Origin: an uncultured virus (IMG/VR IMGVR_UViG_3300025890_001884)
Taxonomy: Duplodnaviria > Heunggongvirae > Uroviricota > Caudoviricetes
Direction: 5' to 3' (one strand)
DNA length: 64,000 bases
Virus record (IMG/VR): IMGVR_UViG_3300025890_001884
Both the position numbers and the translations under genes were made by a program. Below, piece after piece: positions 18,945-28,396 of this stretch. The notes beneath the pieces were generated by a model that did no database searches, was not told where the DNA came from, and was given only the letters and a program-made list of their open reading frames with translations. The stretch's first letter is position 1. Each line of letters opens with the position of its first letter.

Positions 18945-19464
18945 GTTAAAATCTTGGGGAGCCAAACCTACCTACAGTGGATTAGGATTTATATTCGTAC
19001 ACGAATCTAGCAAGCAAATTAGATGGAACTTCTATTGCCCTGACCTTACACCTGTTGAAGTAAATGATTTTCATACTCATAGGATTAAATTTGAGTCCCA
19101 AATAGTAAGAGGGCGACTAATCAATGAAGTATGCAAGTGGCAGAAGTCAGAAAACAGTCTACTACAGATAGTAGAAACCAACTGTATACATCCACATTTT
19201 GAACCGAGCGTAACTGAAGAAAATATAAAAATACGACTAGATGGAAAATACTCACTTCCAGCAGGTGCATGGTATATTAGCGAAGCAGATACCTTTCATA
19301 GAGTTGTGTGTCCCGAAAAAACAATAACAAGACTACACATACTTGATAAGGAAACAAAAAATAACTTGACAATAAAGAGAAAAGATAAGCCATTTGTTTG
19401 TCCTTTACAGGACTTTAAAAAGCCTGAAAAAGAATGTTGGGAAATACTTAGGACATTCTTTTGA
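18934..19464 (+). CDS. Cupin-fold hypothetical protein
   Basis: FHTHRIKFESQIVRG...TFHRV. Confidence 0.5.
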   Translation: MIDELKSWGAKPTYSGLGFIFVHESSKQIRWNFYCPDLTPVEVNDFHTHRIKFESQIVRGRLINEVCKWQKSENSLLQIVETNCIHPHFEPSVTEENIKIRLDGKYSLPAGAWYISEADTFHRVVCPEKTITRLHILDKETKNNLTIKRKDKPFVCPLQDFKKPEKECWEILRTFF

Positions 19465-20741
19465 AAGCAGTAATAAAAAATAGAATACAGATAATGGGTA
19501 CACCTGATGTATTTAATAAAATAGAAAAAGAGTTGACTTATACGTTACCTCCTCGTATGCCACAAGACCCACCTATGGTGCTCAAAACAATTAGGTATAT
19601 TAGAAAAGGTTTAATCTCTATTCCTGTTGGAAGACTAGATTTAATCCCAGATGATTACGAAGTTTTCGATAAGAGGATTAGTGTAGAAGCAGACTTTCCT
19701 GAGTTTAAGTTTGATTTACGACCAAGCCAAAAAGCGGTTTATGATGAAGTAGATGACTGTGCTATAATTAACGCTTGGGTAAGTTGGGGAAAGACTTTTA
19801 CAGGTTTAGCTATAGCAGCGAAGCTCGGTCAGAAAACATTAGTAGTTACACATACAACTACATTAAGAGCGCAGTGGGAAAAAGAAGTAAAAAAAGTATT
19901 TGGAATTGACGCAGGAGTAATTGGTGGTGGTAAGTTTAATGTAGAGCCTCCTATAGTAATTGGTAATATACAGTCATTATACAGACGAGTAGACGATATA
20001 AAAGAAGTATTCGGAACAGTTATTTTAGATGAGATGCACCACGTATCAAGTCCAACTTTTACGCGTATAGTAGACGAAATGCCTGCTAGATTTAAAGTAG
20101 GACTGACAGGAACACTAGAACGAAAAGATGGAAGACATGTAGTGTTTAGAGATTACTTTGGGCATAATGTATTTAAACCACCAAAAGAAAATTATCTAAT
20201 ACCCAAAATAGATATTTACAAAACAGATATAAGATTTATAGATGGTTCGTTTACGCCTTGGGCAGAACGAATCAACGACCTTACTCATAACGAAGAATAT
20301 GTCCATAGTGTGAGTATGATAGCGGCAAAGTATGCTGCAGAAGGACATAAGGTATTGGTTGTTTCGGATAGAGTACATTTTCTAAAAAGATGTGCTAATC
20401 TTGTAGGAGACAAAGCAGTATCAATAACAGGCGATATGAATTTTGAAGAAAGAGAAGAAGCTATGCAAGAAGTGAGAACAAGTAAAAATATTTTATTTGG
20501 AACACAATCTATATTTTCAGAAGGTATATCATTAAATGAATTAAGTTGTTTAGTACTAGGTACACCAGTTAATAATGAACCATTACTTACACAGCTTATA
20601 GGCAGAGTAGTCCGAAAAATGGATGGCAAAAGACAACCAGTTATCGTAGACATAAACTTAAAAGGCAAAACAGCATCTCGTCAAGCAAACGCTAGGATGG
20701 GATATTATATTAGAGAAGGCTATGAGGTAGCCGTATTATGA
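19461..20741 (+). CDS. D10: SF2 helicase (T5 D10/UvsW-like)
   Basis: VSWGKT, DEMHH, GLTGTLERKDG, QLIGRVVR. Confidence 0.9.
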   Translation: MKAVIKNRIQIMGTPDVFNKIEKELTYTLPPRMPQDPPMVLKTIRYIRKGLISIPVGRLDLIPDDYEVFDKRISVEADFPEFKFDLRPSQKAVYDEVDDCAIINAWVSWGKTFTGLAIAAKLGQKTLVVTHTTTLRAQWEKEVKKVFGIDAGVIGGGKFNVEPPIVIGNIQSLYRRVDDIKEVFGTVILDEMHHVSSPTFTRIVDEMPARFKVGLTGTLERKDGRHVVFRDYFGHNVFKPPKENYLIPKIDIYKTDIRFIDGSFTPWAERINDLTHNEEYVHSVSMIAAKYAAEGHKVLVVSDRVHFLKRCANLVGDKAVSITGDMNFEEREEAMQEVRTSKNILFGTQSIFSEGISLNELSCLVLGTPVNNEPLLTQLIGRVVRKMDGKRQPVIVDINLKGKTASRQANARMGYYIREGYEVAVL

Positions 20742-21643
20742 CAGAAGAAACAAAAGAAATCCAATTAAATTTGGAAGAGATGAGAAAGATGAAAATCTTT
20801 GTAGCTACTCCAATGTATGGTGGTCAATGCTATGGACTATATACTAAATCACTGATGGACACTACAAGTATGTTTATGCATTATGGAATTGAAATGCAGA
20901 TTTATTATTTATTTAATGAATCGTTAGTAACTAGAGCAAGAAATTATTGTGTTGCTAACTTTTTAAAATCTGAGTCAACTCACATGTTATTCATAGATAG
21001 TGATGTTGCATGGCAAGCCAAAGACTTAATGTATATGACTCACTTAGTTGCAGAAGACCCAGAGAAATATAGAGTTATGACAGGACTATATCCTAAGAAA
21101 ACTATAGCTTGGGAGAAAGTATTGAAAGCTGCTAAGTCAGGAACATTTGACGATAATCCAGTAGCACTAGAAAAAGTTGCAGGAGATATGGTTTTTAATC
21201 CAGACCATGGAGCATATCCAGATGGTAGAGCACCTATATATGAACCAGTAAAAGTCAAAGAGGCAGGTACAGGATTTATGATGATACATAGAAGTGTATT
21301 TGAAGAATATGCAGAAGCACATCCCGAGTTAGAGTATACTCCTGACCATTTAAGAGAAGGGGAGTTTAAATTAGGAGAAAAAATTCATGCTTATTTTGAC
21401 TGTATAATCAATGAAGAAAACAGATATCTAAGTGAAGATTATATGTTTTGTGAAAATTTGAGAAAGCAAAATATAGATATATGGACATTACCAATGATTG
21501 AACTTATGCATTGTGGTAGTTACATCTACCAAGGTAAACTAGTAGATATGGCATTGAATGACGTTCATGCAACAATGTCTCCAGAAGATATTGGAAAAAT
21601 TCGATCTAGTCGTCCGTATGAAGATGACAAAAATAGTTCTTGA
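20738..21643 (+). CDS. GT-A fold glycosyltransferase-like protein
   Basis: VATPMYGG, ESLVTRARN, LFIDSD (DxD), GTGFMMI, LSEDY. Confidence 0.75.
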   Translation: MTEETKEIQLNLEEMRKMKIFVATPMYGGQCYGLYTKSLMDTTSMFMHYGIEMQIYYLFNESLVTRARNYCVANFLKSESTHMLFIDSDVAWQAKDLMYMTHLVAEDPEKYRVMTGLYPKKTIAWEKVLKAAKSGTFDDNPVALEKVAGDMVFNPDHGAYPDGRAPIYEPVKVKEAGTGFMMIHRSVFEEYAEAHPELEYTPDHLREGEFKLGEKIHAYFDCIINEENRYLSEDYMFCENLRKQNIDIWTLPMIELMHCGSYIYQGKLVDMALNDVHATMSPEDIGKIRSSRPYEDDKNSS

Positions 21644-21668
21644 CAACATCTATAAAATTTGATATAAT
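21628..21668 (+). promoter_or_regulatory. sigma70-type promoter
   Basis: AAAAATAGTTC, then TTGACA (21640-21645), 17-nt spacer, TATAAT (21663-21668). Confidence 0.9.
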
Positions 21669-22055
21669 ATGTTATTATTTAATTGGAATGAGATTTTAAA
21701 AAGAAGCAAAGGAAATGTTTTGGACACCATTACAATCCTGCGAATTATTACTTTTAAACTTACACCCAAAAATTACAACGACCGAGTGTTTAAATTTTAT
21801 GAACACTACTATGGCGGACAGTCGTTTCTCTTGAATCCTGAGAAACTACTAAATGCTGGTCGCAGCTACTCAGATAAAGAAGTAGTGGAATATGCAGGAG
21901 TCGCATCGTTTCGCAATTACTTTGAGTATCAGCAAACCAAAGACTCCACACTTGACCTTCTGATGTTACCAATATCAGAAGATATTATTACTAAAAACAG
22001 ACTGCTTGACATAAAAAACGGCAGGATTCATTTTATGTTCGAGGAGACACAATAG
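21669..22055 (+). CDS. Conserved T5-like hypothetical protein upstream of D11
   Basis: ORF position matches T5 synteny. Confidence 0.6.
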   Translation: MLLFNWNEILKRSKGNVLDTITILRIITFKLTPKNYNDRVFKFYEHYYGGQSFLLNPEKLLNAGRSYSDKEVVEYAGVASFRNYFEYQQTKDSTLDLLMLPISEDIITKNRLLDIKNGRIHFMFEETQ

Positions 22056-22065
22056 GAGAATTATT

Positions 22066-22695
22066 ATGGCAATAGGCTTTAATGTAACCAAGGGCTCAGC
22101 CCAAAAAGATAAAATATCAACTTATAACTACGCGGATAAGGAAGACCACAAGGTAAGACTAGTGGGCGACTTACTCCCTAGATATGTCTACTGGATTAAA
22201 GGAGAGAACAACAAAAACATCCCTATGGAATGTTTGTCTTTCGACAGAAACTCTGAAACCTTTAATAACATCGAACACGACCACGTAAGAGACTTTTACC
22301 CAGACTTAAAGTGTGGATGGTCTTATGCGGTTCAATGTATTGATTATTCAGACAATTCAGTTAAAGTATTGAATCTTAAAAGAAAACTGTTTGACCAAAT
22401 TATTGTAGCTATGGAAGACTTAGGTGATCCAACAGACCCAGTAACTGGTTATGACATTCATTTTAAAAGAAAGAAAACTGGACCTCAAGTATTTAACGTT
22501 GAGTATCAGTTAGCTGTCTTAAAATGTAAAAATAGAGAACTAACCGACGAAGAAAAAGAGCTTATCAAAGATCTTAAATCCATGGATGATGTACTTCCTA
22601 GACCTACTGCTGACGCACAGTTGGAATTGCTAAGAAGAATCAATAATCAGGATGGCGGAGAAGAGCAAGTAGATTCGGAGTTCGACGTATCATGA
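22066..22695 (+). CDS. D11: T5 D11-like ssDNA-binding/recombination protein
   Basis: RLVGDLLPRYVYW, GDPTDPVTG, KTGP..NVEY, acidic tail. AGGAG RBS. Confidence 0.8.
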   Translation: MAIGFNVTKGSAQKDKISTYNYADKEDHKVRLVGDLLPRYVYWIKGENNKNIPMECLSFDRNSETFNNIEHDHVRDFYPDLKCGWSYAVQCIDYSDNSVKVLNLKRKLFDQIIVAMEDLGDPTDPVTGYDIHFKRKKTGPQVFNVEYQLAVLKCKNRELTDEEKELIKDLKSMDDVLPRPTADAQLELLRRINNQDGGEEQVDSEFDVS

Positions 22696-23198
22696 TTGGA
22701 GTAGGAAGTATCTTTCCTAATTTCCACATGGTTGGAGTAGATGAAAGCAATAGTTTTTTAGATTTAGATGTATTAGCACCCAATAGTTGGACTGTTATGT
22801 ATTTTTATCCTAAAGATTTTACTTTTATCTGCCCTACTGAAATTGCAGGAATGGATATGCTAGTATCAGAAGCAGATGTTATCGGCGTTAGCGGTGACAA
22901 TGAGTTCTGTAAACTAATGTGGAAACAAACAAATGACACAATTAGAAATATTAATCATATTTTAGCTGCAGATTGTGGACTTAAGTTATCTACTAAACTA
23001 GGAATAGTTGATGAAGATAATGGAGTCTGCTTTAGAGCTACATATATTGTAGACCCAGAAGGGGTTGTTCAACATGTATCAGTCAATGCACTTGATACAG
23101 GTAGAAATGCAAACGAAGTACTAAGAACACTACAAGGCTTAAAAGCTGGTGGACTTACAGGTTGTGAATGGCAACCAGGAGAAGACTTCGTAGCATGA
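22692..23198 (+). CDS. ahpC: Peroxiredoxin (AhpC/Prx1)
   Basis: FYPKDFTFICPTEI, RATYIVDP, GRNANEVLR. Confidence 0.92.
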   Translation: MIGVGSIFPNFHMVGVDESNSFLDLDVLAPNSWTVMYFYPKDFTFICPTEIAGMDMLVSEADVIGVSGDNEFCKLMWKQTNDTIRNINHILAADCGLKLSTKLGIVDEDNGVCFRATYIVDPEGVVQHVSVNALDTGRNANEVLRTLQGLKAGGLTGCEWQPGEDFVA

Positions 23199-23509
23199 AG
23201 CAATTAAAAAAATTACTATTATGGATAGTAGATACCTGGCGTATAATCATGGATGCAAAATATAATCCATTAAAGTATATTCCAGACCCAAGTTTACAAA
23301 CTTACTTTATGTTAGTATTGTTTACTATGTGGTCAGTATACTTTGGATTTGTTGCCTCTTACTATATGGGATGGCTTGGCTATTCAGTAGTAACAAGTAT
23401 CATTGTTCATATTGCAGTTCTTTTACCTATAAGTTTCACTAATGCGGTATTTTTAGACGCAGAAAGAGATGGAGCAAGATGGGTAAAAGATTGGAGAAAT
23501 GAAAAATGA
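23195..23509 (+). CDS. Hypothetical membrane protein
   Basis: Two hydrophobic helices. ATGA coupling. Confidence 0.6.
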   Translation: MKQLKKLLLWIVDTWRIIMDAKYNPLKYIPDPSLQTYFMLVLFTMWSVYFGFVASYYMGWLGYSVVTSIIVHIAVLLPISFTNAVFLDAERDGARWVKDWRNEK

Positions 23510-24456
23510 TATTGTTCACCGCAGACTGGCATATTAAATTAGGACAAAAGAATGTACCTGTAGCGTGGGCTTGCTCTCGTTATGAGATGTTCTTTGAACA
23601 AATACAGAATGTAATTGCGGAAAATAATTGTGATTTACACATCATTGGTGGGGACTTGTTTGACCGAGTTCCCAGCATGGATGAACTTACTCTTTACTTT
23701 GATTTTATAAAGAGAGTAAATGTAAGAACTATTATCTATGACGGCAATCATGAAGCCACAAGAAAAAATAAGACTTTCTTTACTAACCTTAAGAAAGTTA
23801 CCAGTAGTATCAATCCTCTAGTAGAAGTAATTGATACAACATATTACGAAGATAACTGGGCAATATTACCTTATGCAGACTTACACAGAAAAGATGCAAT
23901 AGAAAATATTGATGCAGAAATCTTATATACTCATGTTCGTGGAGAGATACCACCACATGTAGTACCAGAAGTAGATTTAGAAAGATTTGATAAGTTCAAA
24001 GTTGTTTTTGCTGGAGATTTACATGCTCACGAGAATACTCAAAGAAACATTGTATATCCAGGCAGTCCTATGACTACATCATTTCATAGAAATCAAGTCC
24101 AAACGGGGTATTTACTAATAGACGGCTTAGAATGGAAGTGGGGGAGTTTTAAACTACCTCAACTTATTCGTACTAGTGTGACTAACCCAGATGATATGAT
24201 TCAGACCGACTTTCACCATACTATATATGAGTTGGAAGGAGATGTTCAAGATTTAGCTAAAGTTAAAAACACTGAGCTACTTGATAAGAAAGTAGTAAAA
24301 CGAGAAATGGAAGCAACTCTTAAGTTGAGTCAAGACATGACAATATCAGAAGAACTAATAATGTATCTATCTGAAATCTTAAGTCTGGAAGAAACTAAAA
24401 TACCAAATATTATAGGAGTGTTTAATGATTATTCTAAAGAAGCTGAAGTGGGATAA
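23506..24456 (+). CDS. D12: SbcD/Mre11-like nuclease (T5 D12)
   Basis: TADWH, GGDLFD, GNHE, GDLH, YPGSP. Confidence 0.92.
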   Translation: MILFTADWHIKLGQKNVPVAWACSRYEMFFEQIQNVIAENNCDLHIIGGDLFDRVPSMDELTLYFDFIKRVNVRTIIYDGNHEATRKNKTFFTNLKKVTSSINPLVEVIDTTYYEDNWAILPYADLHRKDAIENIDAEILYTHVRGEIPPHVVPEVDLERFDKFKVVFAGDLHAHENTQRNIVYPGSPMTTSFHRNQVQTGYLLIDGLEWKWGSFKLPQLIRTSVTNPDDMIQTDFHHTIYELEGDVQDLAKVKNTELLDKKVVKREMEATLKLSQDMTISEELIMYLSEILSLEETKIPNIIGVFNDYSKEAEVG

Positions 24457-26230
24457 TTGCTTTTCTTATGGAGAAGGAAACGAGTTAGACTTAGATAAGT
24501 CAACTCTTACACAGCTTGTAGGCACAAATGGAGTGGGAAAATCCTCTATTCCCTTGATTTTAGAGGAAGTATTATTTAATAAAAACAGTAAAAATGTTAA
24601 GAAGGCAGATATCGCAAACCGCTATATCAATAGTGGTTATAATATCTCTCTATCTTTTACAGTGGATAATGATGAGTACTGTATTAGCGTTATAAGACGT
24701 GCAGCACTTAAGTGTAAACTTACAAAAAATGGAGAAGATATAAGTTCACACACAGCGTCAAATACGTACAAGACGCTTGGGGAAGTATTGGGCATTGATT
24801 TTAAAACCTTTTCTCAATTAGTTTACCAAAACACCAATGCATCATTACAATTCTTAACAGCGACTGACACGAACCGTAAAAAGTTCTTAATTGACCTCTT
24901 GAAGCTAGACGAATATGTGTCTTACTTTGAGATTTTTAAAGAAGCTGTAAGAGTAAAAGCAAACGAAATCACAGGAAGCAATGCGAAAATTGCAACAATC
25001 GAGAAATGGTTGGCAGATAATATTCTTGAAGATAGTGTCATACTCGAAAAGATGATTTTACCAAAAATTAATGAAGAAGATGAAGAATCTTTACGTTCTT
25101 TACAATTAGAATTTGAAAATATCTCCGAAAAGAATAAAAAAATAAATCTTAATGAAATGCTGAAACAGCAGGTAAAAAACATACCACTAGAACAGTACAA
25201 AGCAGATTTACAAACTTATCCTGAGTTGCAAGATACTTCTGATATAGAACAAGATATAGGAAAAGTAAACCATAATCTTGCATATCATGAGAGACTCTTA
25301 AATGAGTATGAAAGTCAAACAGGTAAGTGTCCTACATGCGGTCAGGACATAGAAGTAGACTTCACAGAAGAAAAACTAGAACTTCATAGAGAAGGAATAA
25401 AGACAGCAAAGCTAAATTACTTAGAGAAGAAAGCAGATTTAACCGAGATACAACATGCAAATAAAATACATAGGGCAGCAACCAAAGGAGTCCAAGACTG
25501 GGAACAAACCTACAGGTCTATTGACCATGAGCTCCCGTCAGAAGCAATGGATGGAGAAAGAATCTCCGAGCAAATTCAAGACCTTCGTAAAACGATTGCC
25601 GATAGTAGGTCGAATCTTCAAGAGGTTATAGATGAAAACGAAAGAAGAGAAAGACATAACACCAGAATTAGCATCATCTTGGAACAAACTGATGGATTTC
25701 AAAGGGAGCTTGATGCAAGTAAATCTAGTCTTGAGAGTTCAGAAAGCAAATTGGCGATTCTTGAAACACTCAAAAAAGCATTTAGTACGAACGGACTTTT
25801 AGCTTATAAAATAGAATCTCTAGTGAAAGAATTAGAAGTTCTAACAAACGACTACCTCGCAGAATTTAGTGATGGTAGATTTAGTATTAACTTTGTAGTG
25901 GAGAACGATAAATTAAATGTGGAAGTCTCAGATAATGGCAATATTATTGACATTCTTGCTCTTTCTAGCGGCGAGTTAGCTAGAGTAAACATAGCAACCT
26001 TAGTAGCAATACGAAAACTAATGGCTTCTATAAGTCGTAGTCAAATCAATGTGCTATTTTTAGATGAGGTAAACCAAGCCTTAGATGAAGTTGGTAAAGA
26101 AAAAGTAGTGGAAGTATTACTTAAAGAAGAAAACCTTAATACATATATGGTATCACATGGTTGGACTCACCCATTACTAGAAAAAATAGAGATAACTAAA
26201 ATAGATAATATTAGTTATTTAGAAGGATAA
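24425..26230 (+). CDS. D13: SbcC/Rad50-like ATPase (T5 D13)
   Basis: Walker A GTNGVGKS, CPTCGQ Zn hook in a coiled coil, LSSGE signature, LFLDE. Confidence 0.93.
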   Translation: MIILKKLKWDNCFSYGEGNELDLDKSTLTQLVGTNGVGKSSIPLILEEVLFNKNSKNVKKADIANRYINSGYNISLSFTVDNDEYCISVIRRAALKCKLTKNGEDISSHTASNTYKTLGEVLGIDFKTFSQLVYQNTNASLQFLTATDTNRKKFLIDLLKLDEYVSYFEIFKEAVRVKANEITGSNAKIATIEKWLADNILEDSVILEKMILPKINEEDEESLRSLQLEFENISEKNKKINLNEMLKQQVKNIPLEQYKADLQTYPELQDTSDIEQDIGKVNHNLAYHERLLNEYESQTGKCPTCGQDIEVDFTEEKLELHREGIKTAKLNYLEKKADLTEIQHANKIHRAATKGVQDWEQTYRSIDHELPSEAMDGERISEQIQDLRKTIADSRSNLQEVIDENERRERHNTRISIILEQTDGFQRELDASKSSLESSESKLAILETLKKAFSTNGLLAYKIESLVKELEVLTNDYLAEFSDGRFSINFVVENDKLNVEVSDNGNIIDILALSSGELARVNIATLVAIRKLMASISRSQINVLFLDEVNQALDEVGKEKVVEVLLKEENLNTYMVSHGWTHPLLEKIEITKIDNISYLEG

Positions 26231-26231
26231 T

Positions 26232-26828
26232 ATGAGTAGAAAAACAGGAAAGAGTTTAAATCCTAGTGATTTTTATCCTACACCGCCTTGGTGTTATGAA
26301 AATTTAGAAATAGACTGGAGTGTATTCACTTCTGCCCACGAGCCTTGTAGAGGAGACGGCAGAATCGAACTATTTTTACAAGAGAAAGTAGGCACAACAA
26401 CATATTCTGAAATATTAGAGGGGAAAGACTTTTTTGAGTGGGAAGATGATGTTGATTTGATTTTAACAAATCCACCATTTAATATACTACAAGAGTTTGC
26501 AAATCATGCAATGGCTCATAGTAATACTTGTATATTCCTCTCAAGATTAAACTACTTAGGTAGTATTGGTAGACACAACTGGTGGAAAGAGAACACTCCT
26601 ACTGCCCTTCACGTACTTAGTAAACGTCCTTCTTTTACAGGAGAAGGTACAGATGCTACAGATTACTGTTGGATAGTGTGGGACAAAACCGATAGAACAG
26701 AAAGGGGCGTTTTCTTTATTGCACCTCCTTCTCCCTCGCAAGTATTAGAAGGTAAAGAACTAGCATATACTAAAGAGGAGCTACAAGAAGGTAGTGAAGT
26801 GTACAACAATATCATTCTGTCAACATAG
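26232..26828 (+). CDS. Amino-DNA methyltransferase (N6-adenine type)
   Basis: DFYPTP, EPCRGDG (motif I variant), ILTNPPF (motif IV). Confidence 0.8.
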   Translation: MSRKTGKSLNPSDFYPTPPWCYENLEIDWSVFTSAHEPCRGDGRIELFLQEKVGTTTYSEILEGKDFFEWEDDVDLILTNPPFNILQEFANHAMAHSNTCIFLSRLNYLGSIGRHNWWKENTPTALHVLSKRPSFTGEGTDATDYCWIVWDKTDRTERGVFFIAPPSPSQVLEGKELAYTKEELQEGSEVYNNIILST

Positions 26829-26868
26829 AAAAATATATATTGACAACATCTCATAAATTTGATATAAT
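26828..26868 (+). promoter_or_regulatory. sigma70-type promoter upstream of glutaredoxin
   Basis: TTGACA (26840-26845), 17-nt spacer, TATAAT (26863-26868). Spacer nearly identical to the 21640 promoter. Confidence 0.9.
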
Positions 26869-26888
26869 ATAATATAAAAAGGAGTAAC

Positions 26889-27119
26889 ATGCAAGTAGTA
26901 ATTTACAGTATACCAAATTGTACATATTGTGTACAAGCAAAAAATTTAGCAGAAAATCATCCAAAAGTCGAGGAGACTATATATAAGATGATGGGCGATG
27001 GTTTTAAACCAACAGAAGTTAGGGAACTGTTTCCGACAGCAAGAACATTTCCTCAGATTATAGTAGACGGAGAAAAGATAGGCGGATTCACAGAACTCAA
27101 GGCTTTACTAGATGGTTAA
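26889..27119 (+). CDS. Glutaredoxin
   Basis: CTYC, TFPQI, IGGF. Confidence 0.9.
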   Translation: MQVVIYSIPNCTYCVQAKNLAENHPKVEETIYKMMGDGFKPTEVRELFPTARTFPQIIVDGEKIGGFTELKALLDG

Positions 27120-27600
27120 TTCTAGAAGGAAAGGTCATGACGCTGAGATACGCGTAGCAGATATGCTTAAAAGAATCACAGGCGAGGAGTTCGTACAGAC
27201 TCCTGGCTCAGGTTCTGGCAAGATAAAAGGTGATTTAATGGTACCTCACAAACATAACCTCTTTACAATAGAGGTTAAGTTCTATCGTGATATGGCATTT
27301 AATCATAAAATATTTACTCAAAAGAGTAATACCTTTGTGGGTTGGTGGTCTAAGTTGTGCAAACAGGCACAGGATATGGAGCAGGAACCTCTGCTTATAT
27401 TTAAAGAGAATCACTCACAGTGGTACGTGGCAACGACAAGAAAGCCATGTTACAAAAAACATATGTACATAAACTGGTTGGGGTGCTATGTCACCTTTGC
27501 TGAACAATTTTTAGAAACAGAGGAGTTAAAGTTTACAAATGGCGATAAAATTTACGAGCCATGGAGAGTCGATCCCGAATGGGAACTTACTAATAGTTGA
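27112..27600 (+). CDS. D14: T5 D14-like Holliday junction resolvase (PD-(D/E)xK)
   Basis: NSRRKG...E, PGSGSG, GD...IEVK. Confidence 0.8.
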   Translation: MVNSRRKGHDAEIRVADMLKRITGEEFVQTPGSGSGKIKGDLMVPHKHNLFTIEVKFYRDMAFNHKIFTQKSNTFVGWWSKLCKQAQDMEQEPLLIFKENHSQWYVATTRKPCYKKHMYINWLGCYVTFAEQFLETEELKFTNGDKIYEPWRVDPEWELTNS

Positions 27601-28396
27601 TGGACTCAACTTGGCGTTCAGATGGAAACATCAGGGCAAGAATGACTTTGAACATGATTATGTACGAACAGTACAATCATTAGCAAAGTCTTATGACTGC
27701 GGAGAAATCGTAGTCTTAGGGGATGGCGGTAGTAATTACCGTAAGGAAATATATCCCGAATACAAAGCAAACAGAAAAGAAAGATATGCAGAACAGACTG
27801 AGAAAGAGGAACAAGAGTTCCAAGAATTCTTAGCCGAGTTCCAAGTTACTATGAATACTTTAAAGTATAAGGGACACCTTACGCTTAAATATGCAGGAGT
27901 AGAAGCTGATGACATAGCTGCTCTTATCTGTCAAAACAGAGAGAATCTAGGTATACAAAATATTTGGATGATTTCATCAGATAGAGACTGGGATTTACTT
28001 ATTGATGAGAATATAAGTAGATTCTCTACAGTCACTAGAAAAGAAACAACGCTTCATAATTGGGACGAGCATTATGATTTTGACCCAGAGTACTTCTTAA
28101 CATATAAGTGCCTAACAGGGGATAAAGGAGATAACGTTCCAGGAGTTGATGGTATCGGTCCAAAGAGAGCGACACAGATTATTCAACAATATGGAGATAT
28201 TTTTGATATTATGGCGAGTTTACCAATAGACGGAAAGTATAAATTTATACAGAACTTAAATGAGTTCGGAAGTGACGGACTTGAAATTGGTATTAAACTC
28301 ATGGATTTAACATATGACGTAGATGGAGCAGTACTCGGTCACGCCAAAGAGATTATAGGATTAGTGGAGAATTATGTCAGTGAAAATAGACTTTAG
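27539..28396 (+). CDS. D15: Flap endonuclease / 5'-3' exonuclease (T5 D15)
   Basis: IVDGLNLAFR, YKANR, EADD, SSDRDW, GDKGDNVPGVDGIGPKRA. Confidence 0.95.
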   Translation: MAIKFTSHGESIPNGNLLIVDGLNLAFRWKHQGKNDFEHDYVRTVQSLAKSYDCGEIVVLGDGGSNYRKEIYPEYKANRKERYAEQTEKEEQEFQEFLAEFQVTMNTLKYKGHLTLKYAGVEADDIAALICQNRENLGIQNIWMISSDRDWDLLIDENISRFSTVTRKETTLHNWDEHYDFDPEYFLTYKCLTGDKGDNVPGVDGIGPKRATQIIQQYGDIFDIMASLPIDGKYKFIQNLNEFGSDGLEIGIKLMDLTYDVDGAVLGHAKEIIGLVENYVSENRL

